Below are positions 13,882 through 27,168 of a stretch of 64,000 nt of DNA, piece by piece (the first letter of the stretch is position 1; the number at the start of each line of letters is the position of its first letter). This DNA is from Antedon mediterranea (lineage: Eukaryota; Animalia; Echinodermata). The notes beneath the pieces are model-generated. The model did not search any database. It saw nothing but the letters and a program-made list of their open reading frames with translations, and was not told where the DNA came from. The translations under genes and the position numbers were made by a program. The stretch spans positions 35,722,304-35,786,303 of the forward strand of contig NC_092671.1 of the NCBI RefSeq assembly GCF_964355755.1, read 5' to 3'.

Positions 13882-15138
13882 TTGCTTGATCAGACCAAAT
13901 TGTTTCTCGATCCTCTCCAATTTGCCTATCAGAGTAATAGAAGTGTTGAAGATGCTGTGCTCTTCCACTTACATAATATTTACCAACATTTAGATGTGCC
14001 TAAATCATATGTAAGATGTTTGTATATAGATTTTTCTAGTGCTTTTAATACCGTTGAACCTGGTTCATTAGTACGCAAACTTAAAGAAATGAACGTAAAC
14101 GACACATTGACTTCATGGATATATAATTTCTTAACAAAAAGGTTCCAGTATGTTAAACTAAACGGTATTTTATCTGATAAAAGAACTGTTAGCATTGGCA
14201 CGCCACAAGGGTCTGTTATCTCCCCAATGTTGTTTTCACTGTTCACCAGCAGTTTCAGAGCCAATTCAAATGAATGTTGTATAGTAAAATATGCAGATGA
14301 CACAGTCATCACTGGATACATTACTGGCAATGATGAAACAAGCTATAGACAACTAGGATGTGATTTTTATCACTGGTGCTGCAATAACAACCTGAAACTA
14401 AACATAAAGAAAACAAAAGAAATGCAAATTGATTTTAGGAAAATTAAAGAACCCTTAGAACCTCTTATTATAAATGAAAATGAGATTGAAGTAGTAAATG
14501 AGTACAAATATCTGGGTTATATAATTGACAATAAGCTAAATTGGATAAATAATGTAAATAAAGCCACATGCAAAGCCAACCAAAGGATGTTTATTTTAAG
14601 AAAAATGAAGTACCTACAAATTGACAAAACTATACTTAAATTGTTTTATAACTCTGTAATTCTCAGTGTAATACTTTTTTGTAATGTTTGTTTTTATGGT
14701 AATACAATGCAAAAAGATAAAATTAAACTTAATCGAATAGGAAATAGAGCAATTAGACTAGTAGGAGAGCACTTACCTGATGTTGAATCCTTGTATAAAG
14801 AAAATGTGTTAAAAAAAGTAAAAAGTATCATTGATGATGAAACACATCCTCTTCACAAACAATTTGCTCTCATGAATTCTGGCATAAGACTACGTGCACT
14901 TAATACCAAAACAAAACGGTTTAGGTGCTCGTTTGTACCTAATGCTATACACTTATATAACTTCAGAGTACAAAGGTAAAATGTAACCGATAATTTTTAT
15001 CTAATTTTAACAATTTTTAGCCTCTTAACTTTTTGTGTGTGTTTTTGTAAATTGTATTTTATATTTTTGTATTTTGCCAGTTTTCAAATCACATTTCTGT
15101 TTTTTAAATGGACAATAAAGTATATATGACTATGACTA
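13882..15138 (+). mobile_element. 5'-truncated non-LTR retrotransposon of Rex1/Babar type, with an uninterrupted 365-aa RT ORF (13882-14979)
   Basis: Motifs LDPLQFAY..NRSVEDA, YVRCLYIDFSSAFNT, GTPQGSVISP, KYADD, KYLG, KANQRMFILRK and HPLH..SGIRLR..TKRFRCSFVPNAI; 3'UTR with AATAAA and an (ATGACT)n tail. Confidence 0.92.
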
Positions 15139-15823
15139 GTAAATATATTTAGTTACAATAGTGAGGCCTACAAAACAGATTTTTCGTTTGATATCTCAAC
15201 TCTTTTAAAGCTCAATATAGAAACATTCATTATATTTTGTCTTCCAACGTTTTACCTGGTAACTTGTCTACTTGTTACACTAAAATGGCATATAGGCCTA
15301 CTGTAGTTGGTTTAATTACACCTACAATATATGCCTAATCTAGAAAATGTATTTCATAATTTCCCATAAAAGATGATATTTTTTTTGTAACTTCGTGTGA
15401 CCAAATATAGGCCTACATATGTATGTATATATTTTTATATTAATTACCATAATAATAAAACAACAGATCAATCAAATAGTGTATTAAATTTACGTTTATG
15501 AATATTTATAGATGTTGTAGGTCAGTCAATATTGTCGTGTTTGATTAATCTAGATAATTGTCTGAACGAAGCTAAGGACGCTAAAATAAATTGTAAGTTA
15601 TCAGACCTATTTTTATTTTAACATTAACATGTTTATAGTAGCCTAGTGGCTAGCTCTGTAGTCTAATATGTACGGTTCATAGCCAGGTAGAAGGGTTGAA
15701 AATTGGTTAAATCCAAAACATTATTCTGATTTGCATTCATTTACCTAATCGAGAATCGCGTCTATTTTGTATGTGTCCTTTGTTATGGTTTTCCCACGAT
15801 ATTCCATTTTCTTTTTCAGAACG

Positions 15824-18800
15824 ATGTCGACACTACGATATACCATTCTCACACGGTGCAATATAACCAGAACTAACAACACTAGTGCAATATTAATCAG
15901 ACGGGCTATCAACTTAGGAAATGGGCCATACTACGCACCCGCGATCGCAAATAGGACGACAGCAAAACAAGAAGAAAACGTCAAGCCATTTGATGCAATT
16001 CCAACAAGAAATTCCAATACTTGGCAACTGATAGTTGATTTGATTAAGCTTAAACGAAAAGGATGGTTTACAAGACCAGATCTAATTGTAATTGATATTT
16101 TTTAATTAATGTCTATTATTTTTAATAGACTTGAGATATATTGCCCCTGACAAGAATATTGTTTACATTTTTTTGTTGAATATGCCATTTTAATGTCACA
16201 TAATATTTATTCACTTTGACCACAAATTTGATTACAAAAAAATAATTTACCCGAAAAACTGTAATTTAAAGGAAAACATTAGTCAACAACATGTTTTTGT
16301 CATTTTGTAAGTGAAAAAATTATTTTTCCAGGGGTTTTTTCCTATTTTTTCCTAGTGATTAACTTTGTTAATACTAAAATATGGCCTAATCAAAGTCTGA
16401 TTTTATTAATCTTAAATTTAAAATTGTTTTGGGACAATACATCGTTAATAAGAACTTACATAAGCCACAAAACACGATAACGATAATCCAGTCGCAAAAA
16501 CTTGGGAATTTATTGGAACCACTGTTTAGTTAGTCAATTTATTATTTTTCTTATTCATCACCAGTGTTTGCTCTAAATGTAAACATCTGAATTTAGTAAA
16601 GATTAAATGGTTTACCACAATCAAGTATTGGCCCATGGTAGCGCACTCTATGCTATTCAGTATGATTTGATTTTAATATGCCACTTTTCAATATGTTTTA
16701 CTCCTCCTTTCTCCAACCCTCTTGCTGAGTGCGGTTCGGGGTGCGGTTCGAACTTTCAGTCGGCAGCGTTGGGACTGTCCTACAACAGTAATATGTAATC
16801 AAGGACTATGACTATGAGTGTAATTGATTCTCTTTAGCTATAATTACTCTTGAAATTGACTGTGGATGGGTATCTTTGTGAAAACATTATCTTAATACTT
16901 AGGCCTATTTCATTTTGCTTTATAGAGTCAAGACAATGCCAAGAGATACGGGCCAATTATGCGCAATTATCTTGGTGTGGGAAATAATTACAGTGTACAG
17001 ATATCAGATCCGAATTTAGTAGAGAAGGTGCTCAGGACGGAAGGTAAATACCCAGAACGAATAATAATTCTGCCATGGAAAGACTATCGAGTGACAAGAA
17101 ATATTCCATTAGGACTGTTTCTCCAGTAAGTTTTAACCATAACATAGCTCTTCTTATCTTCTTCTTATCATTCTTTATGCTATATATTATATTATTTTTT
17201 TTTTAGATAATAATGATGAAAATGAAAAATTAATTATCCCTTTTTTAATAGAGATGGAAAAGAATGGCATAAGAGTCGTCAAGCAATCGGTAAGCATATT
17301 CTTAAACCTGCAGAAATGTCTCAATACATCCCAGCCATGGTGGAGATTACTAAGGATACGATTTCTCGCCTAAGGAGAAACAAGATAGCAGAAGGAGATC
17401 AGAAAGATATTGTCCCTGACTTGGAAGAGGATCTTTTTAAATGGTCTCTGGAAGGTAAGCAATTTGGACTGATATGATTACATTTGTACTGATATGATTA
17501 CATTTGTACACATTATATTGACCATCTAACATCTTATTCAATAATTTACGATATATTTATACTCTATTTGTCTAGGAGCCGTGAAGGTTTTATTAGATAA
17601 ACGTCTAGGTCTACTGTCCGAGAAGGTAGACAAGCAGTCACAGAAGTTTATAGACGCCATTCAAGACGTGTTTATAACCACACTCGATCTGTTCATCTTT
17701 ACCAATTTGCATAAACGTTTAAACACAAAGTCATGGAAGCGACATGTTGATGGCTGGAATACAACTATCTCAGTTAGTAAGTAGGCCCATGTTTACTGGA
17801 GTAAACACACCATTTCTGTGCCACCATAACAAATACCTGTGCACAAAAATGAGATTCCTGGCAGTGCTATTCCAACGACCAGGACATGGCATGTTCAATA
17901 CTGAGTATGTTATGCTCTCAACTGTAGCCTTTGATTCCTCCCTTCACAGTATGTACAGTACCTCTTTTCAGATATCTTTTGAGATAATACTGGTTTAATA
18001 TCATCTTGTGGAAATATGTTTTTAGGGTCAGTTTCTACACAGAGTTTTAATCTTTTGAAATAATCATAACAGTTTTGTTTTACACATTCCAGCCAAAAAC
18101 ATGATCGAAGATCGTGTAAATGAAATGATGTCAGCAAAAGAGAAAGGAGAACAATTAGAAACGAATACGTTCTTGGGGGCTTTGATCTCTGGTAGCGATT
18201 TAACACGTGCTGAAATTTTCGGTAATCTTTCGGAGCTGATAGGAGCGGCAATTGACACGGTAAAGAATTCCTTACTATTGAATAAATGAAATGAATTCGG
18301 AGCTTCCAATATTTCGCAATGACCAAGTCCAACCTATGGGAGTTGTACAACACTTACGTTACAGAAAATATTTAGTTAACTTCCACATGACGTCCATTAG
18401 ACATGTTCTCTTTATAGACGTCGTACACTCTTGTGTGGGTATTATATTTCTTAGCTCATAATCCTGAAAGTCAACAAAAACTACGAGATGAGATACTTGA
18501 AGTATTGCCAGAAAGTAAGAAGATTACTAAAGAAGACTTGGCGAAGTTAGTTTATATGAAAATGGTTATAAAGGAATCTATGAGGTATAAGTAATTCCCA
18601 AAGTCACCGTCATAGAAAACTGGTTATAGAAAATAGATTTAAATAGTAATACTAACTAATGTAATACTAACGTAATTTATAGTATATTGGCTCTATATAT
18701 ACTGATGGTTCTGTTTGTTGCTTATGGTCAATTTTTTTCCTTTGTGGGCCAATTCCTCTTTACGTTTTGTACATGTATTTCCAAGCATAGCTATGTTATT

Positions 18801-19882
18801 CTATTTGTTAGTTTGACAAGATCGTATGATAATTTTAGTATAATATAATAATACATATTATGTATTGATCATTTTTGTCGTGTTCAACAGAATGGTACCA
18901 GTTATCAGTGGTATAACCAGAAAACTTGATAGTGACATTGTACTCGGTGGCTATCTTGTTCCAGCAAAGGTAGATTCCTTTCAACATTTTACTAATTATG
19001 TTTGTAAACCTTCTATTTTCTGCCAGTTTAATGAACTATTATGTAGGCCTACTAATTCAATTATGCTACGAATCAATATTTTCTTAAGATATAATGAATT
19101 GGTTTTGTGCTCCATCTTTCTTCTAGACTACAATTGTAATTCAATTTTTTCCAATGGTAAAAGATCCGAAGACGTTTGAAGAACCGTTAAAGTTTCGCCC
19201 AGAACGGTGGGATCGATCAGCGGGAAATAAATCCCATCCATTTGCCTCGATTCCTTTTGGATTCGGCACAAGAATGTGCGTAGGTAAGTAACCCAACGTA
19301 TTCCAAGAAGCATACATATAATAAAAGTAAAATACACGAAGGAGGAAGAGTAGGTCTATTTATTAATTAAACCAAAGTTTTTAAGATGGTTATTATTTCA
19401 GGAAGAAGATTCGCAGAACAAGAAATGCATTTATTGCTTTCGGAGGTAAGTAACATGTACACAAGGTCATGTTAAAATACCTTTAGAACAAAGATGACCA
19501 TGATGTCCATTTTGATTTATTTTAATAATTGATAACAGTACATTCTGGTGTAACTACTTTTTTTAAACTTTTCTTTATTCCTGAATTTGATCACATCAAG
19601 GTACTTATCTTCAACATGAATCTATATAGCCTAATATTGTCATTAATGCCTATTATTTGATCTTTACAAGTTTCTGTGTAATAACATACTTTTATATATT
19701 ACTATATTATTTAAACTGTCGTTTCTAAATAAAAGTCTTACTTCAATTTGACAAATTATTTTCCAAAAATGCAGATCATTCGACAGTTTGATGTTGTACC
19801 GACCAAAAAGGTTGAAATGAAAAGCAAACTCATGATTGTTCCAGCTGAACCAATCGATCTGAAGTTTGTAGACAGGACATAA
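15824..19882 (+). CDS. Cytochrome P450, mitochondrial clan (CYP24/27/49-like), copy 1; 11 coding exons
   Basis: Arg/Thr-rich mitochondrial presequence, KPFDAIP, EGKYPER, DGKEWH..R, I-helix GAAIDT, KESMR (ExxR), FRPERW, heme motif PFGFGTRMCVG; GT-AG introns. Confidence 0.92.
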
Positions 19883-20951
19883 AGAAGAAATCTACTTGAT
19901 CAAAAAGAAATAGAAAATTGTCAATGTTGTTTTCAGCTTTAACAGTTTGTTTCGTGTGTAAACATAATGTTCACGAAACCACCTACTTTCAATAACAGTA
20001 ACTAGCACATATTATATATTTGATTTTGTTGGAATTTCAGTCTTAGTTGATTTTTAAAATGATGATTTTTCGTCATCTCATATTTTGCTTTGGAAGGTTA
20101 AAATTATTTGTTTTCTAAGTTTTTTGACAAAACTGATATCCATTATCATTATACATTTACATACTTATATGTATTAACTAAGTAAGTATTTCCAACGTGG
20201 TACTAAATACTTTGTATACAGATACATAAAAACCCAACAAAATAAATACTTTACTACAGATAGGATTCTAAGATGATTTTAAAGCCATATTCTACGTTCC
20301 ATTTAGTTTTTTTTAATGAATTAATGGAAACTGAAAATGAAAGGTATAATTAACAATAATTAATTCAGAGTAATCTAATATGATTCAGTTGACTTTTGTT
20401 GATAATCTTTACGTTGAATTGAAAAAATAGATTGAACATAACATCCAGGCCAATTACAAAGCATGGAATACAAACTTTTTACTAGAACTTTAACCTTTAT
20501 ACAGGTCGCTAGTTCTATTGTCTATTAGTTACTTATTAAACAGGCAGTATGGCGGATTTGTTTACTGAACTTATATATAAAATCGGCCTTAGTATATATA
20601 ATAAAACCTTAATAAGCGTAGGCTTAGTACGTTGTTCCTGTCTGTAAATCAGTTCAACTTAAGTCGAGGTTAGTATCGATGCTAGTCATTCAAATATTCA
20701 ATACATTAATTGTGATTTTTATATTACAAACCTTTTGTAGGCTCAGTAAGGTAAGAATGTTTTTCTTATTCGTTTTCCAACGTTCTAGCAGCGCAGTTGT
20801 GGTGTAGGCCTACTATTTGGTATAGAACTATAGCCGTTGTGTACTGTTTGGTAGGCCTATTTATGTGCTTCTCAGGCAGCTTCCAACATTCGTACAAGAA
20901 TCTATACTATATAATATGTTTAGTTTCCTAAAAATAAAAAAAAAAAAAACA

Positions 20952-21083
20952 AAGATCTGCCTAGACTATATCAAACTTTATATAATGTGCCCATATATGG
21001 ACACGATGATGTCATGTCACTACCATATTTGGGTATATATCACACATTTGTTGTCAAGCTAGTTTGATAAGTATAGACAGAGT
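20952..21083. mobile_element. MITE family A copy
   Basis: Core GTGCCCATATATGGACA..ATGATGTCA..CACTACCATATTT and degenerate TIRs, shared with 26735, 37850 and 44758. Confidence 0.65.
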
Positions 21084-21419
21084 TGGCCAACCTTGCCCCA
21101 TCCAACCTATTTAAAATCAAAACATTTAGTAGGCCTACTTGTTCGGTATTCTCTATCGATTTTGTTTTGTTTTGGAAACCCATACTTTACTGACTAAGTG
21201 ACCGATTTCAAAATTAATGACCGTACGAAGTATTAGGCATATGCCTTATGTTAGTCTCTGTTAACTACCCCTCCAGTCTGAAGGGTTGTCTTAATTGACA
21301 ATTTGCATAGACAGAATGTAAATCCCGCCTCTCTCCTCTCCCCTTCCTCTCCCCATTTACCATTTACTGTCTGACATACGCTTCGTTTATTATTCTATTC
21401 CGTTCTTTTCCAAAGAAAA

Positions 21420-24400
21420 ATGTCAATGTTTCGATTCACCAATATTCTGACACGATGCAATACAACACGAACTAGCAACACGAGTGCAATATTGATCCGA
21501 CGATCTATAAACTTAGGAAATGAGCCATACAACGCACCCGCGATCGCAACTAAGGCGACAGCAGAACAAGAAGAAACAGTAAAGCCATTTGATGCAATTC
21601 CAACAAGAAATTCAAATATTTGGCAACTGATAGTTGATTTGATTAAACTCAGACGAAAAGGTTGGTTTACAAGACCAGACCTGATGGTAAATATTTTAAT
21701 TAATTTCTAACGTTACAGTTGACAATAACTTAAGAATATGCATAAGCCATGGAACAGGATAAGTAGGCCTATAATCTAGTCGAAGAAACGGTTGCAGGAA
21801 CTTACGGACTTGGATGAACCGCTGATTTCGTTTTTTCATCATCATTCTCTAAACATCCATGACAACTGATTTGACGGCATGTTGTCGTGGGAAACAATTG
21901 GTTTTTCTTCAACCAATGATAGACAGAGAAGCCTAATAATGCCTCATTATCCTTACAGTTGGATGTGATTCTAGACCATTTTCAAGCCTTACTCCACCTT
22001 TTGCTGGATGTAGTTCGTCACCTCAGCAAAGTTAGAGTGTATGAGGAATCACAGCATATGTGTTTTAGATTCACTTTAAATAGAATAATACATTGACGGT
22101 ATAACTATTTCTTGAGAACATTTCATTTCATTTCATTTCTTTATTCGACAACAAGCGGTCCAGGGATTGCGACAGCAACAGAGCACCATAACACATTTGT
22201 GTCCGCAATCCCTGTAACATACAACTTAATACAAGTTAAAAATGAATATAAAGTATACAGAATATATAAAAAAATTAATTAATTTGTATTACTGTGTTAC
22301 ACCATTTAAAATACTCCTATACAATTAAAATAAATTTAGCGTTGATCAACATATTTTCATACTAGTATTTCAATTTGTTTAGAGTCAGGAAAACGCCGAT
22401 AAATATGGACCAATTTTGCGGAATTATCTTGGTGCAGGAAATAACTACATTGTAGAAATATCAGATCCGAATTTAGTAGAAAAGGTGCTCCGGGCGGAAG
22501 GTAAATACCCAGAGCGAATGGCAATTATACCATGGAAAGACTACCGAGTGACAAGAAATATTCCATTAGGACTGTTCCTCCAGTAAGTAATAAAATAGAT
22601 ATAATGATATTTCTTTTTTTCTTTAAAGTTTTCTTTATATTTGTTATAAACGTTTTCTTTACCTTTTAGAAAATGAAGTATATTCTAACATTGACGTAAA
22701 CCTATCAAACAATAGTGATGACAATTAATACACTTTTTTTATAGCGATGGAAAAGAATGGCATAGAAATCGTCAAGCAATCGGCAAACATATTCTTAAAC
22801 CTGCAGGAATGTCTCAATACATCCCAGCCATGGTGGATATTACTAACGACACGATTTCCCGCCTAAGGAGAAACAAGAAAGCAGAAGGAGACCGGAATGA
22901 TATTGTTCCAGACCTGGAAGAGGATCTATTTAAATGGTCACTGGAAGGTAAGCAATTTGGACTGATGTTATGACGTATTACCATTTGTACACTTCTTTTT
23001 GGAGAATGAAGAGTGTAAAAGACCACGTAAAATTATATATTTACAAGTAGGTTATCGATGTTCAATAACTCATGATTTATTTTTACTGTATTTGTCTAGG
23101 TGCCGTGAAGGTTTTATTAGATAAACGTCTAGGTCTACTGTCCGAGAAGGTTGACAAGCAGTCTCAGAGGTTTATAGACGCCATCCAAGACGTGTTTATA
23201 ACTACACTAGATCTGTTCATCTTTACTAATGTGCATAAGCGTTTAAATACAAAGCCATGGAAGCGACATGTTGAAGGATGGGATACAAGTATCGCAGTTA
23301 GTAAGTAGGCCTACTAGATAGGAGCAAACACCTTTAATTTCGGTGACACTAAAACAACTACCTTTACGTACACACAAACATGATGTTGGTTCCTCGTTCT
23401 ACATTTGGCAAATCCATAACTAATTTCATTAATAGGCATGCTGTCACGTCTCCGAGGATATCTTCTTGTGGAATAAGTCCGTCTGGTTTTTTTTTACTGG
23501 CAGTTTCTTTGTAACTAGAATTTTAATATTGTGAAATCATTTTTGGCACCTTTTAGCCAAGAACTTGATCGAAGATCATGTGAATGAGATGATGTCGGCG
23601 AAAGAGAAAGGAGAACAGTTAGAAACGAATACGTTCTTGGGGGCTTTGATTTCTGGTAGTGATTTAACACGTGCTGAAATTTTCGGTAATCTTTCGGAGC
23701 TGATAGGAGCGGCAATTGACACGGTGATAATTATTTCTTTAATATTAATTAGTTAACGAATGAATTATTTAAATTATTCCACAGTGACCAAGTTCACTTA
23801 TAGGACGTATATGCAAATTATAATTAAAGCCATATGGTTGGTTAAATTGTAAAAAAAAAGCAGATCCGAAAACATTATTGGCAATTAGTCTCTTTATTTA
23901 TTTACCAATACGTTTATATTTTAGATATTTTTTTAATGTTAATGTTCTCTCTTTATAGACGTCGTACACCCTTGTGTGGGTATTATATTTCTTAGCTCAT
24001 AATCCTGAATGTCAACAAAAACTACGAGATGAGATACTTGAAGTATTGCCAGAAAGTAAGAAGATTACTAAAGAAGACTTGGCGAAGTTGGTTTATACGA
24101 AAATGGTTATAAAGGAATCTATGAGGTGCGTGTAGCCTACGTAACTTTGACAGAATCGTGAAATTGGAATATTTAGACATCAACCAAAAAAAAAACAAAC
24201 AGTTTATTCTATCGAGAAAATGTGTGTTTTTATGTATCCATTCGAAGACGAAGTTGTAAAAAAAATAAATTGAAAATTGTATCTTTGGAATATTTTTCCA
24301 AGTAAAGTTGATGGGAATGTTGTTGGCTATGATATATAAAAGTTATCTTACAAACCAATGGATTATAAGATAGTACAACGTTTTCCGTTGCAAAGTCACT

Positions 24401-25650
24401 TAACAATCTCTGACTGGTTTCGAAGTGATGATGCTTTTACTTTATTTTGTAAAGATGTCTTATACAGACGGGTCTGTCACAAGTTTAATTTGTTTTACCG
24501 TTTTGCCTTTAGAGCTATTGACCAACTCAGACAACATCATACGACGAGGCCCGACAAACGTTTTGACTCGTCGGTGGTGCTGTCTGAGGTGAATCCCGAA
24601 GAAGAGACGAGGCGTCTCGAGCGTAGTTTTTAGGTCGTCGAGACGCTGTCTGAGTTAGCCTTAACTAAACACGATTACTTTTTTTGAAGCGAAGGTTTGT
24701 TTGTATGACAATATTTACATTTTTGTCGTGTTCAACAGAATGGTACCAGTTATCAGTGGTATAACCAGAAAGCTTGATAGTGATATTGTACTCGATGGCT
24801 ATCTTGTTCCAGCGAAGGTAAAACATTACTGCCAATTTAACGGTTATAAACCTTACTGTTTTCCTTCAGTCGATAAATAGTTTGATGAACTCTTATAGTA
24901 CTGTAATTTATAGTATATAGTCATTTTGGCGAGAAAATAGTACTGCAGGTCTTGTCATCAAGACGTTAAATTGATTTTATTCTCTTCCTTTCTTTTAGAC
25001 TACAATTGCAATTCAATTTTTTCCCATGGTAAAAAATGCAAAGACGTTTGAAGAACCGTTGAAGTTTCGGCCAGAACGTTGGGATCGAACAGAGGGAAAT
25101 ACATCCCACCCATTTGCCTCGATTCCATTTGGATTCGGTACAAGAATGTGCGTTGGTAAGTACCGTATTCCAGAAAACATACTCCCAGAAAGGAAAGACA
25201 CGTAAAAGAAAGAGTTTTATAATTAAGTTATTTTTAATTATTTAGGAAGAAGATTTGCAGAGCAAGAAATGCATTTATTGCTTTCAGAGGTAGGTAATTT
25301 TGTTCTTTTTTCACGATATTAATTAACAATGCGATTTATTTTTTTAAAAACCTTTCTCGCTATAGGCCTATCTATTTTCATTTATTTTAATTTCCTTTTT
25401 ATAAACGTGATAAGATTTAGTTTTTTTATCAACATTCAAATAATAATTGTACATTCTTAAAAAGAGGCATTGTCGTTTCTGAAATTGATATACTATAAAA
25501 TGAAAATTACTGTTAGATATACATTATTTCTTTAAAATGCAGATCATTCGACAGTTTGATGTTGTACCGACCAAAACGGTTGAAATGAAAAGCAAGCTTA
25601 TGATTGTTCCAGCTGAACCAATCGATCTAAAGTTTGTTGACAGGACATAA
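21420..25650 (+). CDS. Cytochrome P450, mitochondrial clan, copy 2
   Basis: Same exon set and motifs as copy 1 (GAAIDT, KESMR, FRPERW, PFGFGTRMCVG); stop TAA at 25648-25650. Confidence 0.92.
22122..22352 (-). mobile_element. Retroelement 3' fragment inserted in intron of P450 copy 2
   Basis: Absent from the paralogous intron of copy 3 (27790-27800); (CATTT)n tail at the left end; AACAT present on both sides. Confidence 0.6.
24519..24664. mobile_element. MITE (second, more decayed copy at about 30240-30410)
   Basis: Inverted ends AACTCAGACA / TGTCTGAGTT; present in the same intron of P450 copies 2 and 3, absent from copy 1. Confidence 0.55.
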
Positions 25651-26734
25651 AGAAGAAATCTACTTGATCAAAAAGAAATAGAAAATTGTCAATGTTCAGC
25701 TTTAAAAGTTTGTTTCGTGTTTAGAGATTAAACATAATGTTCACGAAACTATCTACTTAACAGTAACTATAAGCACATATTTTATATTTGATTTTTTGGA
25801 ATTTCAGTTTTAGTTGATTAGTTTAATGATTATTTGAAGTAATAGATGTCGTCATCTCAGACTTTGCTTTGGAAGGTTAAAATGATTTGTTTTCAAAGTT
25901 TGACAAAACTGATATCCACCATTATCATATACATTTACACACTGATATGTATTAAATAAGTAAGTAAGTATTTTCAACGTGTGTGTGTTTATTTCCGTAG
26001 CTTCCGTATACATAAAAATCCCAAAAAGTAAATACCTACTACAGAACTACGATGATTTTAAAATGATATTCTACGTTTGATTTAGTATAAAAAGATGTTT
26101 CCGTCTTTGATTTTTTTTTTTATGAATGGAAACTGAAATGAAAGGTATAATGAATAGTAATTAATTCAGAGTCATCTATAATTCAGTTCACTTTTGATGA
26201 TACTCTTCTTCACGTTGTATTGATAAAATAGATTTAATAAAAATAACATTCAGGCCAATTACAAAGCTTGGAATACAAACCTTTTACTAGAACTTTAACC
26301 TTTATACAGGTCGCTAGTTCTATTGTCTGTTAGCGACGCTTTAAACAGGCAGTATGGCGGATTTCTTTACCTGATACTTATACTGTAATATAAAATCGGC
26401 CTTAGTATAATAAAGGCTTAATACGCGTAGACTTATTCCTGTGTTGTTCCTGTGCCTGTAAATCAGTTCTAGGTTAGTATCGAAGCTAGCAATTGAAATA
26501 TTCAATACATTAATTGTAATGTTTATATTACAAATCTTTTGTAGGCTCAGTAAGGTAAGAATGTTTTTTGTTTTTTTCGTTTTCTAACGTTTTGACAGTG
26601 GTGGCGGTGGTGTAGGCCTGTTTGATATAGAAGACTACCGTTGTGTAGGCAAGGTATATTTGCTGATCCTGCAGCTTCCAACAACATCCGTACAAGAATC
26701 TTTACTATGCTTAGATACAACAACAAAAAACGAG

Positions 26735-26862
26735 TAAAGCTCTGCCTAGTCTATCAAACTTTATATGATGTGCCCATATATGGACACGATGATGTCATGT
26801 CACTACCATATTTGGGCACATCACAGTTTGTTTCCAAGCTATTTTGTAGTTTTAGACAGATA
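26735..26862. mobile_element. MITE family A copy (paralogous to 20952)
   Basis: TAAAGCTCTGCCTA..CTATCAAACT left end and the family core. Confidence 0.65.
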
Positions 26863-27168
26863 AAGAGTATGCCAACTTTGCCCCATCCAACCTATTTAAA
26901 ATCAAAACATTTAGTAGGCCTACTTGTTATGTAGTGTATATCGCTACATTAGGCCTAGATAGGCCCTATAATTGTTGGAAACCCATATAATTTACTGTCT
27001 AAGTGACTGATTAAAAAATTATAACCGTTTAAAAGTATCAGGCATATATGCCCTACGTTATAAAGTCTTCCCTCTAGCCTGAATGGGAATCCCTCTGCTC
27101 CTCTCCCAATTTACTGTTATACGCTTCGTTTATTATTCTACTCCGTTCTTTTCCACAGAAGAATATCA

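Noticed and set aside
17910-18353. 147-aa minus-strand ORF and similar antisense ORFs (8953, 13980, 22814, 25013, 30752)
   Set aside because: Mostly shadows of plus-strand coding exons.
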